Notes under the pieces: generated by a model | Database searches by the model: none | Told to the model about the DNA's origin: nothing | What the model saw: the letters and a program-made list of their open reading frames with translations, nothing else | Origin: Escherichia phage vB_EcoP-R1 | DNA length: 40,875 bases | Sequence record: OQ703102.1 | Reading direction: 5' to 3' (one strand) | Made by a program: the position numbers and the translations under genes | Shown: in pieces, positions 18,356-26,185 of the stretch | How positions within the stretch are numbered: the stretch's first letter is position 1 | Layout: each line of letters opens with the position of its first letter

Positions 18356-18550
18356 TCTCACAGTTCAAGAACCTCAAGTCTCCCCATAGGCCCTCTTTCA
18401 GTCCAGACCAAAGGCCCTACCCCAGTCTATCATAAGGTTAGACCGATGGTCAAGACGTTAGGTCAACGATAGGTCTAGGCTATGGCTTAGGGAAGGACGA
18501 TAGGTAGGGACTATGGGTCTGTCTCTGAGTCTCTATCTGTATAGTGATAT
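18356..18550 (+). repeat. Genome terminal repeat region (single copy at the joined right-end/left-end junction)
   Basis: TCTCACAGTTCAAGAACCTCAAGTCTCCCCATAGG... closely resembles the first bases of the T7 left end (TCTCACAGTGTACGGACCTAAAGT...); the stretch ...GTCTCTGAGTCTCTATCTGT near 18520-18540 resembles the end of the T7 terminal repeat. Boundaries approximate. Confidence 0.5.
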
Positions 18551-18571
18551 AGTATAACATTACGTCCTACA

Positions 18572-18660
18572 CCTACAGTCTGACTAACCTACAGTCTGAC
18601 TAACCTACAGTATCAACCATAAGACACCAACACCTACAGTCAAAGACCTACAGCTAATAG
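18572..18660 (+). repeat. Short direct repeats built on CCTACAG (including a 16-bp tandem CCTACAGTCTGACTAA x2)
   Basis: Read directly; analogous in position to the CCTAAAG-type repeats next to the T7 terminal repeat. Confidence 0.6.
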
Positions 18661-18767
18661 ACACAAAGCTATAGACTTAAGGTCAGAGACATGTTAGTCA
18701 AAGACTATATCCTATTACTCACCATGGGGCCGACGATAGCTCAATCAATATTATTTAAGATTACCTA

Positions 18768-18796
18768 TTGACTACAGGTCCAGACTATGGCTTAAT
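18768..18796 (+). promoter_or_regulatory. Host sigma70-type early promoter (A1-like)
   Basis: TTGACT - 17 bp - CTTAAT with AT-rich upstream element; resembles T7 A1 (TTGACT...GATACT). Confidence 0.45.
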
Positions 18797-18908
18797 AGCT
18801 TCCGTCAACACGACACGGCAACAACCGGATAGTGAAGACGCCGGGTCATCCCGGTTAAGTAGACAGCCTGATAAGTCATACGAACAACAGGCAGATGACA
18901 GAAAGTAG

Positions 18909-18938
18909 TTGACAAGATGTACCGACTTAAAGTAGTAT
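18909..18938 (+). promoter_or_regulatory. Host sigma70-type early promoter (A3-like)
   Basis: GTTGACAAGATGTACCGACTTAAAGTAGTATGTACCACATCAAC resembles T7 A3; -35 TTGACA, -10 TAGTAT with 18-bp spacer. Confidence 0.5.
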
Positions 18939-19060
18939 GTACCACATCAACACGAAACAACGGTGACGACCAACACTGAAATGGTCTACCTGAAGTCCTC
19001 TGACTGAAGGGAATGCTCTTTAACAATCTGGATAAACTCTTAATGTGCGCCGATAGCGAC

Positions 19061-19115
19061 TAACTACAGGGTCTTTGAGTCTACATTTGAAGGCCCTGAC
19101 TGATAGTCACTAACT
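19061..19115 (+). repeat. Early-leader element copy 1 (R0.3-like), direct repeat of 19382-19430
   Basis: ...CTAACTACAGGGTC...CCTGACTGATAGTCACTAAC; the 20-nt core CCTGACTGATAGTCACTAAC is identical in both copies and resembles the T7 gene 0.3 leader. Confidence 0.5.
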
Positions 19116-19121
19116 TAACGG

Positions 19122-19376
19122 ATGGACACTATGAAACACTTAAGCACAATCACTAATCACAATGAAGTATTCGTGAACACTAAAGGTTATGCGTGGATTC
19201 AGCTTAAAGAGATGACAGGAGCGCGTCACCGTGTGGTAGTGCGCAGGGTATCAAGCAAGCCGTTCAGCAACTACAGTATAGACACTGTGCGTATAGACAA
19301 CGATACCTACCTGATAGACTCACAGATAACCGTGAGTCCTACAGCGAGCGCCTCAGCTCCTTATTTCGCTAACTGA
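19122..19376 (+). CDS. Hypothetical early protein upstream of ocr
   Basis: 84 aa ORF (alternative start ATG 19131); bracketed by two copies of the leader repeat; no recognisable motif. Confidence 0.5.
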   Translation: MDTMKHLSTITNHNEVFVNTKGYAWIQLKEMTGARHRVVVRRVSSKPFSNYSIDTVRIDNDTYLIDSQITVSPTASASAPYFAN

Positions 19377-19381
19377 GAGTG

Positions 19382-19430
19382 ATTAACTACAGGTCGTTAG
19401 ACTCATAGCGGCCTGACTGATAGTCACTAA
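19382..19430 (+). repeat. Early-leader element copy 2, immediately upstream of ocr
   Basis: Direct repeat of 19061-19115. Confidence 0.5.
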
Positions 19431-19463
19431 CATACATATAAACAACTTTGAGAGGATATAACT

Positions 19464-19967
19464 ATGGAACGCAACGCTAACGCATACTATGAGCTGCTGG
19501 CTGCAACCGTTGAGGCATTTATCGAGCGTATTCAGTACGACCACCTGACTAAAGATGACGACTACAGCGATGCGCTGCATGAGGTCGTAGACGGTCAGGT
19601 CCCGCTCTATTACCACGAGATTTTCACGGTGATGGCTGCTGATGGTATAGACCACGAGTTCGAAGACTCTGGGCTGATGCCTGAAACCAAGGACGTAACG
19701 CGTATCCTACAAGCTCGCATCTATGAGGCACTTTATAACGACGTGTCTAATAGCTTGGATGTAGTCTGGTTTGAGGATGAAGAGGCAGACGAAGAGGATG
19801 AATATTGGGTAGTTGACGCTAAAACAGGCGCAATAATTGTGCAATCTGTAGCTCTTGAGGTCGCTACTGCATGTGCCGAGGTCAACTATGCGGCAGGTCG
19901 CCACCTGAAGGTGGAAGACATCAATGATAACGTAGTGTTCGACCCTGCGGCTGAGGACTGCGAGTGA
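19464..19967 (+). CDS. 0.3: Ocr-like anti-restriction DNA mimic (gp0.3 homolog) with a C-terminal extension of about 50 aa
   Basis: 167 aa; ...[54 protein letters not shown]... parallels T7 Ocr (...[46 protein letters not shown]...); acidic run [12 protein letters not shown], then extra non-acidic sequence absent from T7 Ocr (117 aa). Confidence 0.85.
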   Translation: MERNANAYYELLAATVEAFIERIQYDHLTKDDDYSDALHEVVDGQVPLYYHEIFTVMAADGIDHEFEDSGLMPETKDVTRILQARIYEALYNDVSNSLDVVWFEDEEADEEDEYWVVDAKTGAIIVQSVALEVATACAEVNYAAGRHLKVEDINDNVVFDPAAEDCE

Positions 19968-20121
19968 TGATAACTTACGGTTTATGCCAGCACCACGTCA
20001 CCAACGCCAGGATTTTGGTCAAAACCGGGCGGTTAAACCACGAGGAGGCCATGCGTCTCTTGAAAGTGGTCTACAGGAGACGCAAGCGCATACACGATAG
20101 TTTACACACTGAGTGATAGAC

Positions 20122-20158
20122 GAGAGGTCATCGACTGATAGGTGGCCTCAAAGATTAT
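20122..20158 (+). promoter_or_regulatory. RNase III-type hairpin (R0.5-like)
   Basis: GAGGTCATCGACTGATAGGTGGCCTCAAAGATTA matches the AAGGTCAT...GTGGCCT...ATTA pattern of the other hairpins. Confidence 0.35.
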
Positions 20159-20182
20159 CACTTACATTGATAGGGGTTAACT

Positions 20183-20287
20183 ATGAGCACTGCAGTCATC
20201 TGGACTATCTCAGGCTTCGTAGCGTGGGGAATGTTTACTCTAGTCTGCAAACTACCGGTCCTTACTCAACTGTTATGGGGCTTATGA
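20183..20287 (+). CDS. Small hydrophobic early protein (gp0.4-like position)
   Basis: 34 aa MSTAVIWTISGFVAWGMFTLVCKLPVLTQLLWGL; ATG 20183; single predicted transmembrane helix. Confidence 0.35.
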   Translation: MSTAVIWTISGFVAWGMFTLVCKLPVLTQLLWGL

Positions 20288-20487
20288 CTATGAGTAGCAC
20301 ACTATTGATAGCCATAGGCTATGGACTTATCGCCTACGTGCTGGTGAGAGACATCAACAAAGCGCGTAAAGTCTATAAATTCAACTATGTACGTATGGTC
20401 CGCTGGACTGTACGTCAACCTAACGGACGATTCCTGCGCAATTTAGCGAACGTCTGGGATATAGCAACTCTTGGGAGCAAACTGTAA
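20284..20487 (+). CDS. Small early protein (gp0.5/0.6 position)
   Basis: 67 aa from ATG 20284 (overlaps the preceding stop as ATGA); same frame as track ORF 20113..20487, whose upstream part lacks a credible start. Confidence 0.35.
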   Translation: MTMSSTLLIAIGYGLIAYVLVRDINKARKVYKFNYVRMVRWTVRQPNGRFLRNLANVWDIATLGSKL

Positions 20488-20813
20488 TGAACAAGTCATA
20501 CGGGATTAATCTGGTACACTCTATGGACGCAGAAATGAACATGTTAAGCCTACTGGCTACCGGGTATCGTCACGGAACATCAAGTCACACCGCACGTCAA
20601 CAGCAGGAGCGGGACCGTGTACTACAGGCGCGACTCCGGGCAGAGGGCCATAAGTCCGAACTGATGTGTCTGGCGTATGGTGGACGACCAATCACCGACG
20701 ATGGTAAACTTTTAGTCTCAGGCTGGAAGGCGATAGACCAACGGTCAACCATCAAGCACACGACTCACGGTGACTTCAGTCATCTTCACGCTAACCCACT
20801 GATATGCAAGTAA
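20487..20813 (+). CDS. Hypothetical early protein occupying the position of T7 gene 0.7 (no kinase)
   Basis: 108 aa, no kinase motifs; T7 gp0.7 is 359 aa. Confidence 0.45.
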   Translation: MNKSYGINLVHSMDAEMNMLSLLATGYRHGTSSHTARQQQERDRVLQARLRAEGHKSELMCLAYGGRPITDDGKLLVSGWKAIDQRSTIKHTTHGDFSHLHANPLICK

Positions 20814-20818
20814 TTATG

Positions 20819-20841
20819 ACTTAACTATCACTATAGGACTC
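20819..20841 (+). promoter_or_regulatory. Phage RNAP promoter immediately upstream of the RNAP gene
   Basis: GACTTAACTATCACTATAGGACT; +1 G at 20836; followed by tandem repeats CAAGTGAAAGAC (20857 and 20881). Confidence 0.75.
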
Positions 20842-20910
20842 AAGGTCTAAGACTCCAAGTGAAAGACCAAAGAGACTCTAAGTGAAAGACTAATAACAAG
20901 GACTTTAAGT

Positions 20911-23592
20911 ATGAGCGTCATCTCTATTGACAAACATGACTTCTCTGATGTGTCAAACGCCATTGAGCCGTTTAACCTGCTGGCCGACCACTACGGGCAA
21001 GACCTTGCAGTCAAACAGCTTCAGCTTGAGCATGAGGCATATACAGAAGGCGAGCGACGTTTCATCAAGAACCTTGAGCGCCAGACCGAGCGCGGGGAAC
21101 TGGCAGACAATCAGGTCGCCAAGCCTTTGATGCAGACTCTGGTCCCTAAGATTGCGCAAGCCGTCAGGGAGTGGCACGAAGGCCTAGACGGGAAGCTGTC
21201 AACCTCGCGTCCTAGCGTAGCGTTCACCATGTTGAGCACTGAAGAGAAGGCCGTAAAGGACCGCTCTATGCGCATCTCCTGTGAGTCCGCTGCGGTTATC
21301 ATACTGAAGGTCATACTCTCCAAGCTGGTCAAGCCTGAAGGGATACCGATTACACCGATGGCCTCCGCGATAGGTCGCACACTTGAGGACGAAATCCGCT
21401 TCGGTCGCATCCGTGACAAAGAGAAGGAGCACTTCAAGAAGGCGATAGCTGAGAACCTGAACAAGCGAGCTGGGGCATCCTACAAGAAAGCCTACATGCA
21501 AGCGGTCGAGGCGTCCATGCTGGAGCAAGGCCAACTGGAAGATGCATGGGGGACTTGGAGTCCTACAGAGGCTGTCCACGTTGGCATCAAGATGCTCGAG
21601 ATTGTCATCCAGTCAACACAACTGGTCGAGCTTAAGCGGTACGGTGCTGGTAATGCAGCGGCTGACGTAGAGATGGTCCACCTGTCAGACTTCTGGGTCA
21701 AGAAGATGGCACAACGAGGATTCAGCCTTGCGGGTATCGCTCCAGTCTACCAGCCTTGCGTCGTTCCACCTAAGCCGTGGACTGGTGTCGTAGGTGGTGG
21801 GTACTGGGCCAAAGGTCGCAGACCGTTACCATTGATTCGCTTAGGGTCTAAGTCTGCGGTAGCACGTTATGAAGACGTATACATGCCTGAAGTCTATGAC
21901 GCTGTGAACATCATTCAGAATACACCTTGGAAAGTTAACAAGAAGGTATTGGACGTGGTGAACATGGTCGAGAAGCTGAACAACACGCCTATTGATGACA
22001 TCCCTCAGATGGAACCGCTGAAGCCTGAGGACTATGCTGGTGAAACCGAGGAGGAACTCAAGGCATGGAAGAAGGCTGCTGCTGGTATCTATCGCCGCGA
22101 GAAGGCCAGACAGTCACGCAGATTGTCCATGAGTTTCATCGTATCACAGGCCAACAAGTTCTCACAGTTTAAGGCCATCTGGTTCCCGTACAACATGGAT
22201 TGGCGAGGTCGTGTCTACGCTGTCCCGATGTTCAACCCTCAGGGTAACGACATGCAGAAGGGTCTACTGACTCTGGCGGTCGGAAAGCCTATCGGGGCGG
22301 ATGGTTTCAAATGGCTTAAAGTCCACACCGCCAACTGCGCGGGTGTCGATAAGGTAACCTTTGAGGAGCGTATCAAATGGGTGGAAGACAATCACGAGAA
22401 CATTCTGGCAGCAGCCAAATCACCGATGGACAGCATCGAGTGGTGGGGGAGTATGGACAGCCCCTTCTGCTTCCTAGCGGCTTGCTTCGAGTATTCTGGG
22501 GTGATGAACCATGGCTTGACCTACAATTGCTCACTTCCGATTGCCTTCGACGGCTCGTGTTCGGGGATTCAGCACTTCAGCGCGATGCTGAGGGACCACG
22601 TAGGCGGACATGCAGTGAACTTAACGCCGTCTGGTCAGGTGCAGGACATCTACCGTATAGTCTCAGACCGTGTGTCAGACCAGTTGAAAGAGCTATTACT
22701 GATCGGTACGGACGACGAGCTGGTGACCGTAGAGGACAAGAAGACTGGGGAAATCAGCGAACGCCTGAAGCTTGGGACCAAGAGTCTTGCGCGTCAGTGG
22801 CTGCAATTCGGTATGTCTCGCTCGGTCACTAAGCGCTCGGTCATGACTCTGGCCTACGGGTCGAAAGAGTATGGGTTCGCCGACCAAGTGTTCGAAGACA
22901 CCGTGATGCCAGCGATTGACTCCGGTAAGGGAGCAATGTTCACCGAGCCAAGCCAAGCGTCTCGCTTCATGGCTAAGATGATTTGGGAAGCTGTGAGTGT
23001 GACAGTAGTTGCTGCGGTTGACGCGATGAAGTGGCTTCAAGGTGCCGCCAAGCTGCTGGCTGCTGAAGTGAAGGACAAGAAGACTGGTGAAATCCTGAAG
23101 CCATGCCTTCCGGTACACTGGGTCACACCTGATGGGTTCCCGGTCTGGCAGGAATACCGCAAGAAGGATACCACTCGTCTGAACCTGATGTTCTTAGGGT
23201 CCTTCAACCTTCAACCTACGGTCAACAAAGGTACGAAGAAAGAGCTGGACAAGCACAAGCAGGAGTCAGGCATTAGCCCGAACTTCGTCCACTCACAAGA
23301 TGGTAGCCACCTCCGCAAGACTGTAGTCCACACGCACCGCAAGTATGGCGTGATGTCATTCGCAGTGATTCACGATAGCTTCGGGACCATCCCGGCTGAC
23401 GCTGAGTATCTGTTCCGTGGCGTCCGTGAGACGATGGTAGAGACATACCGCGATAACGATGTGCTGCTTGACTTCTACGAGCAGTTTGAATACCAGCTTC
23501 ATGAAAGCCAGCGCGACAAGTTGCCTGAGCTTCCGAAGAAAGGTAAACTGAATATCGAAGACATCTTGTCTTCAGACTTTGCATTCGCTTAA
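20911..23592 (+). CDS. 1: Single-subunit DNA-dependent RNA polymerase (gp1 homolog)
   Basis: 893 aa; NDFSD...PFN.LADHYG, GRIRD.E..HFKK, PCVVPPKPWTG..GGGYWA.GRRPL, AIWFPYNMDWRGRVYA, FDGSCSGIQHFSAMLRD, RSVTKRSVMTLAYGSKE, HDSFGT and C-terminal FAFA all parallel T7 RNAP. Confidence 0.97.
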   Translation: MSVISIDKHDFSDVSNAIEPFNLLADHYGQDLAVKQLQLEHEAYTEGERRFIKNLERQTERGELADNQVAKPLMQTLVPKIAQAVREWHEGLDGKLSTSRPSVAFTMLSTEEKAVKDRSMRISCESAAVIILKVILSKLVKPEGIPITPMASAIGRTLEDEIRFGRIRDKEKEHFKKAIAENLNKRAGASYKKAYMQAVEASMLEQGQLEDAWGTWSPTEAVHVGIKMLEIVIQSTQLVELKRYGAGNAAADVEMVHLSDFWVKKMAQRGFSLAGIAPVYQPCVVPPKPWTGVVGGGYWAKGRRPLPLIRLGSKSAVARYEDVYMPEVYDAVNIIQNTPWKVNKKVLDVVNMVEKLNNTPIDDIPQMEPLKPEDYAGETEEELKAWKKAAAGIYRREKARQSRRLSMSFIVSQANKFSQFKAIWFPYNMDWRGRVYAVPMFNPQGNDMQKGLLTLAVGKPIGADGFKWLKVHTANCAGVDKVTFEERIKWVEDNHENILAAAKSPMDSIEWWGSMDSPFCFLAACFEYSGVMNHGLTYNCSLPIAFDGSCSGIQHFSAMLRDHVGGHAVNLTPSGQVQDIYRIVSDRVSDQLKELLLIGTDDELVTVEDKKTGEISERLKLGTKSLARQWLQFGMSRSVTKRSVMTLAYGSKEYGFADQVFEDTVMPAIDSGKGAMFTEPSQASRFMAKMIWEAVSVTVVAAVDAMKWLQGAAKLLAAEVKDKKTGEILKPCLPVHWVTPDGFPVWQEYRKKDTTRLNLMFLGSFNLQPTVNKGTKKELDKHKQESGISPNFVHSQDGSHLRKTVVHTHRKYGVMSFAVIHDSFGTIPADAEYLFRGVRETMVETYRDNDVLLDFYEQFEYQLHESQRDKLPELPKKGKLNIEDILSSDFAFA

Positions 23593-23607
23593 CAGGAGGA
23601 GAAGTAT

Positions 23608-23838
23608 ATGTCAATTAAACTTGTAGCACACAACAGGACATACAACGATGGGTCGGGACGTTGCCATGTAGAGCTGACTTATAGGGATTTAGTCATTCTC
23701 CGAGACAGATTACAAGCGGGTGTGACTGGGTGGATTAAACCTAACGAGTACAACCTTATAGCTTCGATTGATGAAGTGCTTAACGCGTGGATGGAAGACG
23801 AGCGCACTCAGTATCCATCATTCCCTATAATTAGATAA
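23608..23838 (+). CDS. Hypothetical protein (between gene 1 and gene 1.1)
   Basis: 76 aa; strong RBS AGGAGGAGAAG; no recognisable motif. Confidence 0.5.
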   Translation: MSIKLVAHNRTYNDGSGRCHVELTYRDLVILRDRLQAGVTGWIKPNEYNLIASIDEVLNAWMEDERTQYPSFPIIR

Positions 23839-23848
23839 GGAGAGAGTT

Positions 23849-24064
23849 ATGAAATTTGCACACAAGCATGCTGGAGTTAATGGCGGGACTCAAATCGTGA
23901 CCGTAACAGAACACAACGGCAATGGTCTGGTGAAGACCACGGTCATTCCTACCGAAATGTCAAAGCAGCTTAACGTCCCATTCAAGACCCTCGTCTATCT
24001 TGTGGAATCCAGCCACGAGAAATACCTGAAAGACGCAGTGACCAAGCTGGAGCAGACCAAATGA
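23849..24064 (+). CDS. Hypothetical protein (between gene 1 and gene 1.1)
   Basis: 71 aa; RBS AAGGAGAGAG; no recognisable motif. Confidence 0.5.
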   Translation: MKFAHKHAGVNGGTQIVTVTEHNGNGLVKTTVIPTEMSKQLNVPFKTLVYLVESSHEKYLKDAVTKLEQTK

Positions 24065-24138
24065 CAGACCTACAGGTACTGGCCTTGTGGCTGGGAGCAC
24101 TCGCAGTATTCACTTTAATCCCACGCAGAAGAGGTTAA
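24061..24138 (+). CDS. Putative 25-aa membrane peptide
   Basis: MTDLQVLALWLGALAVFTLIPRRRG; start overlaps the upstream stop (ATGA); below the track cutoff. Confidence 0.3.
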   Translation: MTDLQVLALWLGALAVFTLIPRRRG

Positions 24139-24161
24139 CCTAAACTATCACTATAGGATTA
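24139..24161 (+). promoter_or_regulatory. Phage RNAP promoter (phi1.1-like)
   Basis: ACCTAAACTATCACTATAGGATT; +1 G at 24156. Confidence 0.8.
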
Positions 24162-24206
24162 GACTCAAGGTCATGACTCAAAGTCGTGGCCTTCATGATT
24201 AACCCT
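24159..24206 (+). promoter_or_regulatory. RNase III-type processing hairpin (R1.1-like)
   Basis: TTAGACTCAAGGTCATGACTCAAAGTCGTGGCCTTCATGATTAACC; near-identical to the copies at 15322 and 31550. Confidence 0.5.
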
Positions 24207-24231
24207 AACTCATTCAATCAGGAGCTACACC

Positions 24232-24411
24232 ATGTATCAGAACACTATCAACTTCGAGCGCATCCGTGAACGTCAGCAGACTGAAGATTATATTCCGAAG
24301 GGCCGAAAGCTGAACAAGACCAAGCGGGGCGGCGGTGTCAAGGGTGCTTTCCGTAACGCTGAAGGCAAAGACTCTATGGTCAACCAAGAGAAGTATTTCG
24401 TAGGAGCATAA
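24232..24411 (+). CDS. 1.1: gp1.1-like small basic protein
   Basis: 59 aa MYQNTINFERIRERQQTEDYIPKGRKLNKTKRGGGVKGAF...; the KGRKLNKTKR stretch matches T7 gp1.1 as I recall it; below the track cutoff. Confidence 0.6.
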   Translation: MYQNTINFERIRERQQTEDYIPKGRKLNKTKRGGGVKGAFRNAEGKDSMVNQEKYFVGA

Positions 24412-24414
24412 GAC

Positions 24415-24663
24415 ATGAGCAGACGTTGGGTATTTGATGCGTCCACCAGCCAGTGGTCATCGTTAGGCCGGACACACCGCGAGCTGAGTGAGGCAGGACT
24501 TGAGGTCAGAATGGATGTCCTGCCGTGCTCCGGAAAGACTCTGGTCCTAATCATTGAAGCAGACGGGAAGCCTCTGGTATCCCGCGAGTTCACCGAACAC
24601 GAAATCTTTAGCTGTGAGCAATGGTGCTTGCAACAACTGAATGCTTATAGGAGCTGGAAATAA
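24415..24663 (+). CDS. gp1.2-position protein (possible dGTPase inhibitor homolog)
   Basis: 82 aa (T7 gp1.2 85 aa) directly upstream of ligase; assigned by position and size. Confidence 0.45.
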   Translation: MSRRWVFDASTSQWSSLGRTHRELSEAGLEVRMDVLPCSGKTLVLIIEADGKPLVSREFTEHEIFSCEQWCLQQLNAYRSWK

Positions 24664-25727
24664 TGACTACGACTATTAAAACTAACCCGCACCGCGCTGT
24701 AGATTACTCTGAGTCTGGCGTTAAGAAAGCGCTGGAAGCTGCCGGGTCGCTGGAAGCTGAAGTGAAATATGATGGTGTGCGGTTGAATATTCCGGTATTC
24801 CCTGATGGGCGAACTGAATGGTTAAGCCGTGAGTCAAAGACGCTTCCGGCCTTAGACCATTTGTCAACAGTTGGTCAGGACATCGGAGCGTGCCGTGCGT
24901 CCGACTGGCGATGGTTCCTGAAGCAAGCAGGACATGAAGTATCTGGCCTGATGATTGATGGCGAGGTGATGGTCAAGGGTGTAGACTTCAACACGTCCTC
25001 AGGTCTTATCCGAACCATGTGGTCTGACCGCAAGAACTACAAGTGGAACATGAACCCTAAGGCCGATATGGAGACCAAGAAGTCTAACAAGGTTCCATTC
25101 CAGATTAGCCATGAGTTCCTACAAGTGGTCGTCTACGGGGTCATCGACCTTAACGTCATCAACGACCCGAAAGCAGAAGGTCCTATCCATAGCGTCACAC
25201 GCCTGAAGGCCGAAGCTATCGTCCCTCTCCTCCAGAAATACTTCCCGGAAATCGACTGGGTTCTGTCTGAGTCACACACGGTCTATGACCTTGAGTCGCT
25301 CAACTCCCTGTACGAACAGAAGCGTCTGGAAGGACACGAGGGTCTGGTAGTCAAGGACCCGCTGGGTAAATATAAGCGTGGCAAGAAGTCAGGCATGTGG
25401 AAGATGAAGCCTGAGGAGACCATCGACGGGACCGTGTGTGGCCTAGTGTGGGGGACTCCTGGTAAGGCTAACGAAGGTAAGGTCATCGGCTTCGAGGTTC
25501 TGCTTGAGGATGGCATGGTGGTTAATGCTTGTGGTCTGACTGAAGAACAGAAGGACGAGTTTACGGAAGCCTGTAACACTGATACATATATTCTCGGTGG
25601 AATCAATCCATACGAAGGCTGGCAGTGTGAAGTACTCTTCATGGAGCGGTTCCCTGATGGCTCCCTTCGTCACCCCAGCTTCAAGTGCTGGCGTGGAACG
25701 GAAGATAACCCGACCGTTAAGAGCTAA
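24663..25727 (+). CDS. 1.3: ATP-dependent DNA ligase (gp1.3 homolog)
   Basis: 354 aa; adenylation motif KYDGVR (AEVKYDGVRLNI); conserved position. Confidence 0.93.
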   Translation: MTTTIKTNPHRAVDYSESGVKKALEAAGSLEAEVKYDGVRLNIPVFPDGRTEWLSRESKTLPALDHLSTVGQDIGACRASDWRWFLKQAGHEVSGLMIDGEVMVKGVDFNTSSGLIRTMWSDRKNYKWNMNPKADMETKKSNKVPFQISHEFLQVVVYGVIDLNVINDPKAEGPIHSVTRLKAEAIVPLLQKYFPEIDWVLSESHTVYDLESLNSLYEQKRLEGHEGLVVKDPLGKYKRGKKSGMWKMKPEETIDGTVCGLVWGTPGKANEGKVIGFEVLLEDGMVVNACGLTEEQKDEFTEACNTDTYILGGINPYEGWQCEVLFMERFPDGSLRHPSFKCWRGTEDNPTVKS

Positions 25728-25738
25728 CTAAACGTCAA

Positions 25739-25769
25739 CCCAGTGGTCTTCGGACTGCTGGGTTTCTTT
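25739..25769 (+). terminator. Intrinsic terminator after ligase (TE-like early terminator)
   Basis: 10-bp stem CCCAGTGGTC / GACTGCTGGG (two G-U pairs), loop TTCG, then TTTCTTT; same position as T7 TE. Confidence 0.6.
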
Positions 25770-25809
25770 GCTTATGCTAGCAAGCTATCGTTTGGGGAAC
25801 CAGCCTGAC

Positions 25810-25832
25810 CCTAAGCTATCACTATAGGACAA
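25810..25832 (+). promoter_or_regulatory. Phage RNAP promoter (phi1.5/1.6-like)
   Basis: CCTAAGCTATCACTATAGGACAA; +1 G at 25827. Confidence 0.75.
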
Positions 25833-25860
25833 CCATAACTTCGACCTAAGGAGGCCGACC

Positions 25861-26115
25861 ATGTTTAAGAACTTAATGTTCAACCGTTATTCCAATACCT
25901 TCCACCTGTCTCACAACCCGTTAGCTTGCATTAAGTGTAATGAGAAGCTGGGCTACTTCGGGAAGGCCGTTAAGCTGTCACCTACAGTCTTCGCTCTCAT
26001 TACTCCGGGCAAAGCTGAAGAGGCTCGCCAGAAGCGTGAGACAAATGTGCCAGTGGTCTACACTAAGTGGCCTCGAGTTCGTCTGTTCGTTGAGGTCGTG
26101 AAGGAGGTGTTCTGA
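25861..26115 (+). CDS. Hypothetical protein (gene 1.6 position)
   Basis: 84 aa (T7 gp1.6 88 aa); assigned by position. Confidence 0.45.
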   Translation: MFKNLMFNRYSNTFHLSHNPLACIKCNEKLGYFGKAVKLSPTVFALITPGKAEEARQKRETNVPVVYTKWPRVRLFVEVVKEVF

Positions 26116-26185
26116 TGGGATGTATAGCTTGCTTAGAGAAGGATGACCATTATCCACACACACCTGTAATAAAGGAGCTAACAAT

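Noticed and set aside
18535-18556. Reverse-orientation phage promoter (CTGTATAGTGATATAGT on the + strand resembles the reverse complement of the promoter core)
   Set aside because: Lacks the conserved upstream half and the GG at +1/+2 in reverse orientation; all real promoters in this genome are + oriented; likely coincidental similarity inside the terminal repeat.
18560-18660. CRISPR array suggested by short direct repeats
   Set aside because: Repeats are 7-16 bp, contiguous or irregularly spaced without unique spacers of regular length, and lie in the phage terminal region where T7-type end repeats are expected.
18850-18905. A third host-type early promoter (A2-like) between the A1-like and A3-like promoters
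   Set aside because: The region resembles T7 sequence upstream of A2 but I could not find a -35/-10 pair with acceptable spacing; left unannotated.
20113-20487. 124-aa track ORF as a single gene
   Set aside because: The upstream 57 codons have no start-codon/RBS support and overlap a separately initiated 34-aa ORF in another frame; split into two small genes instead.
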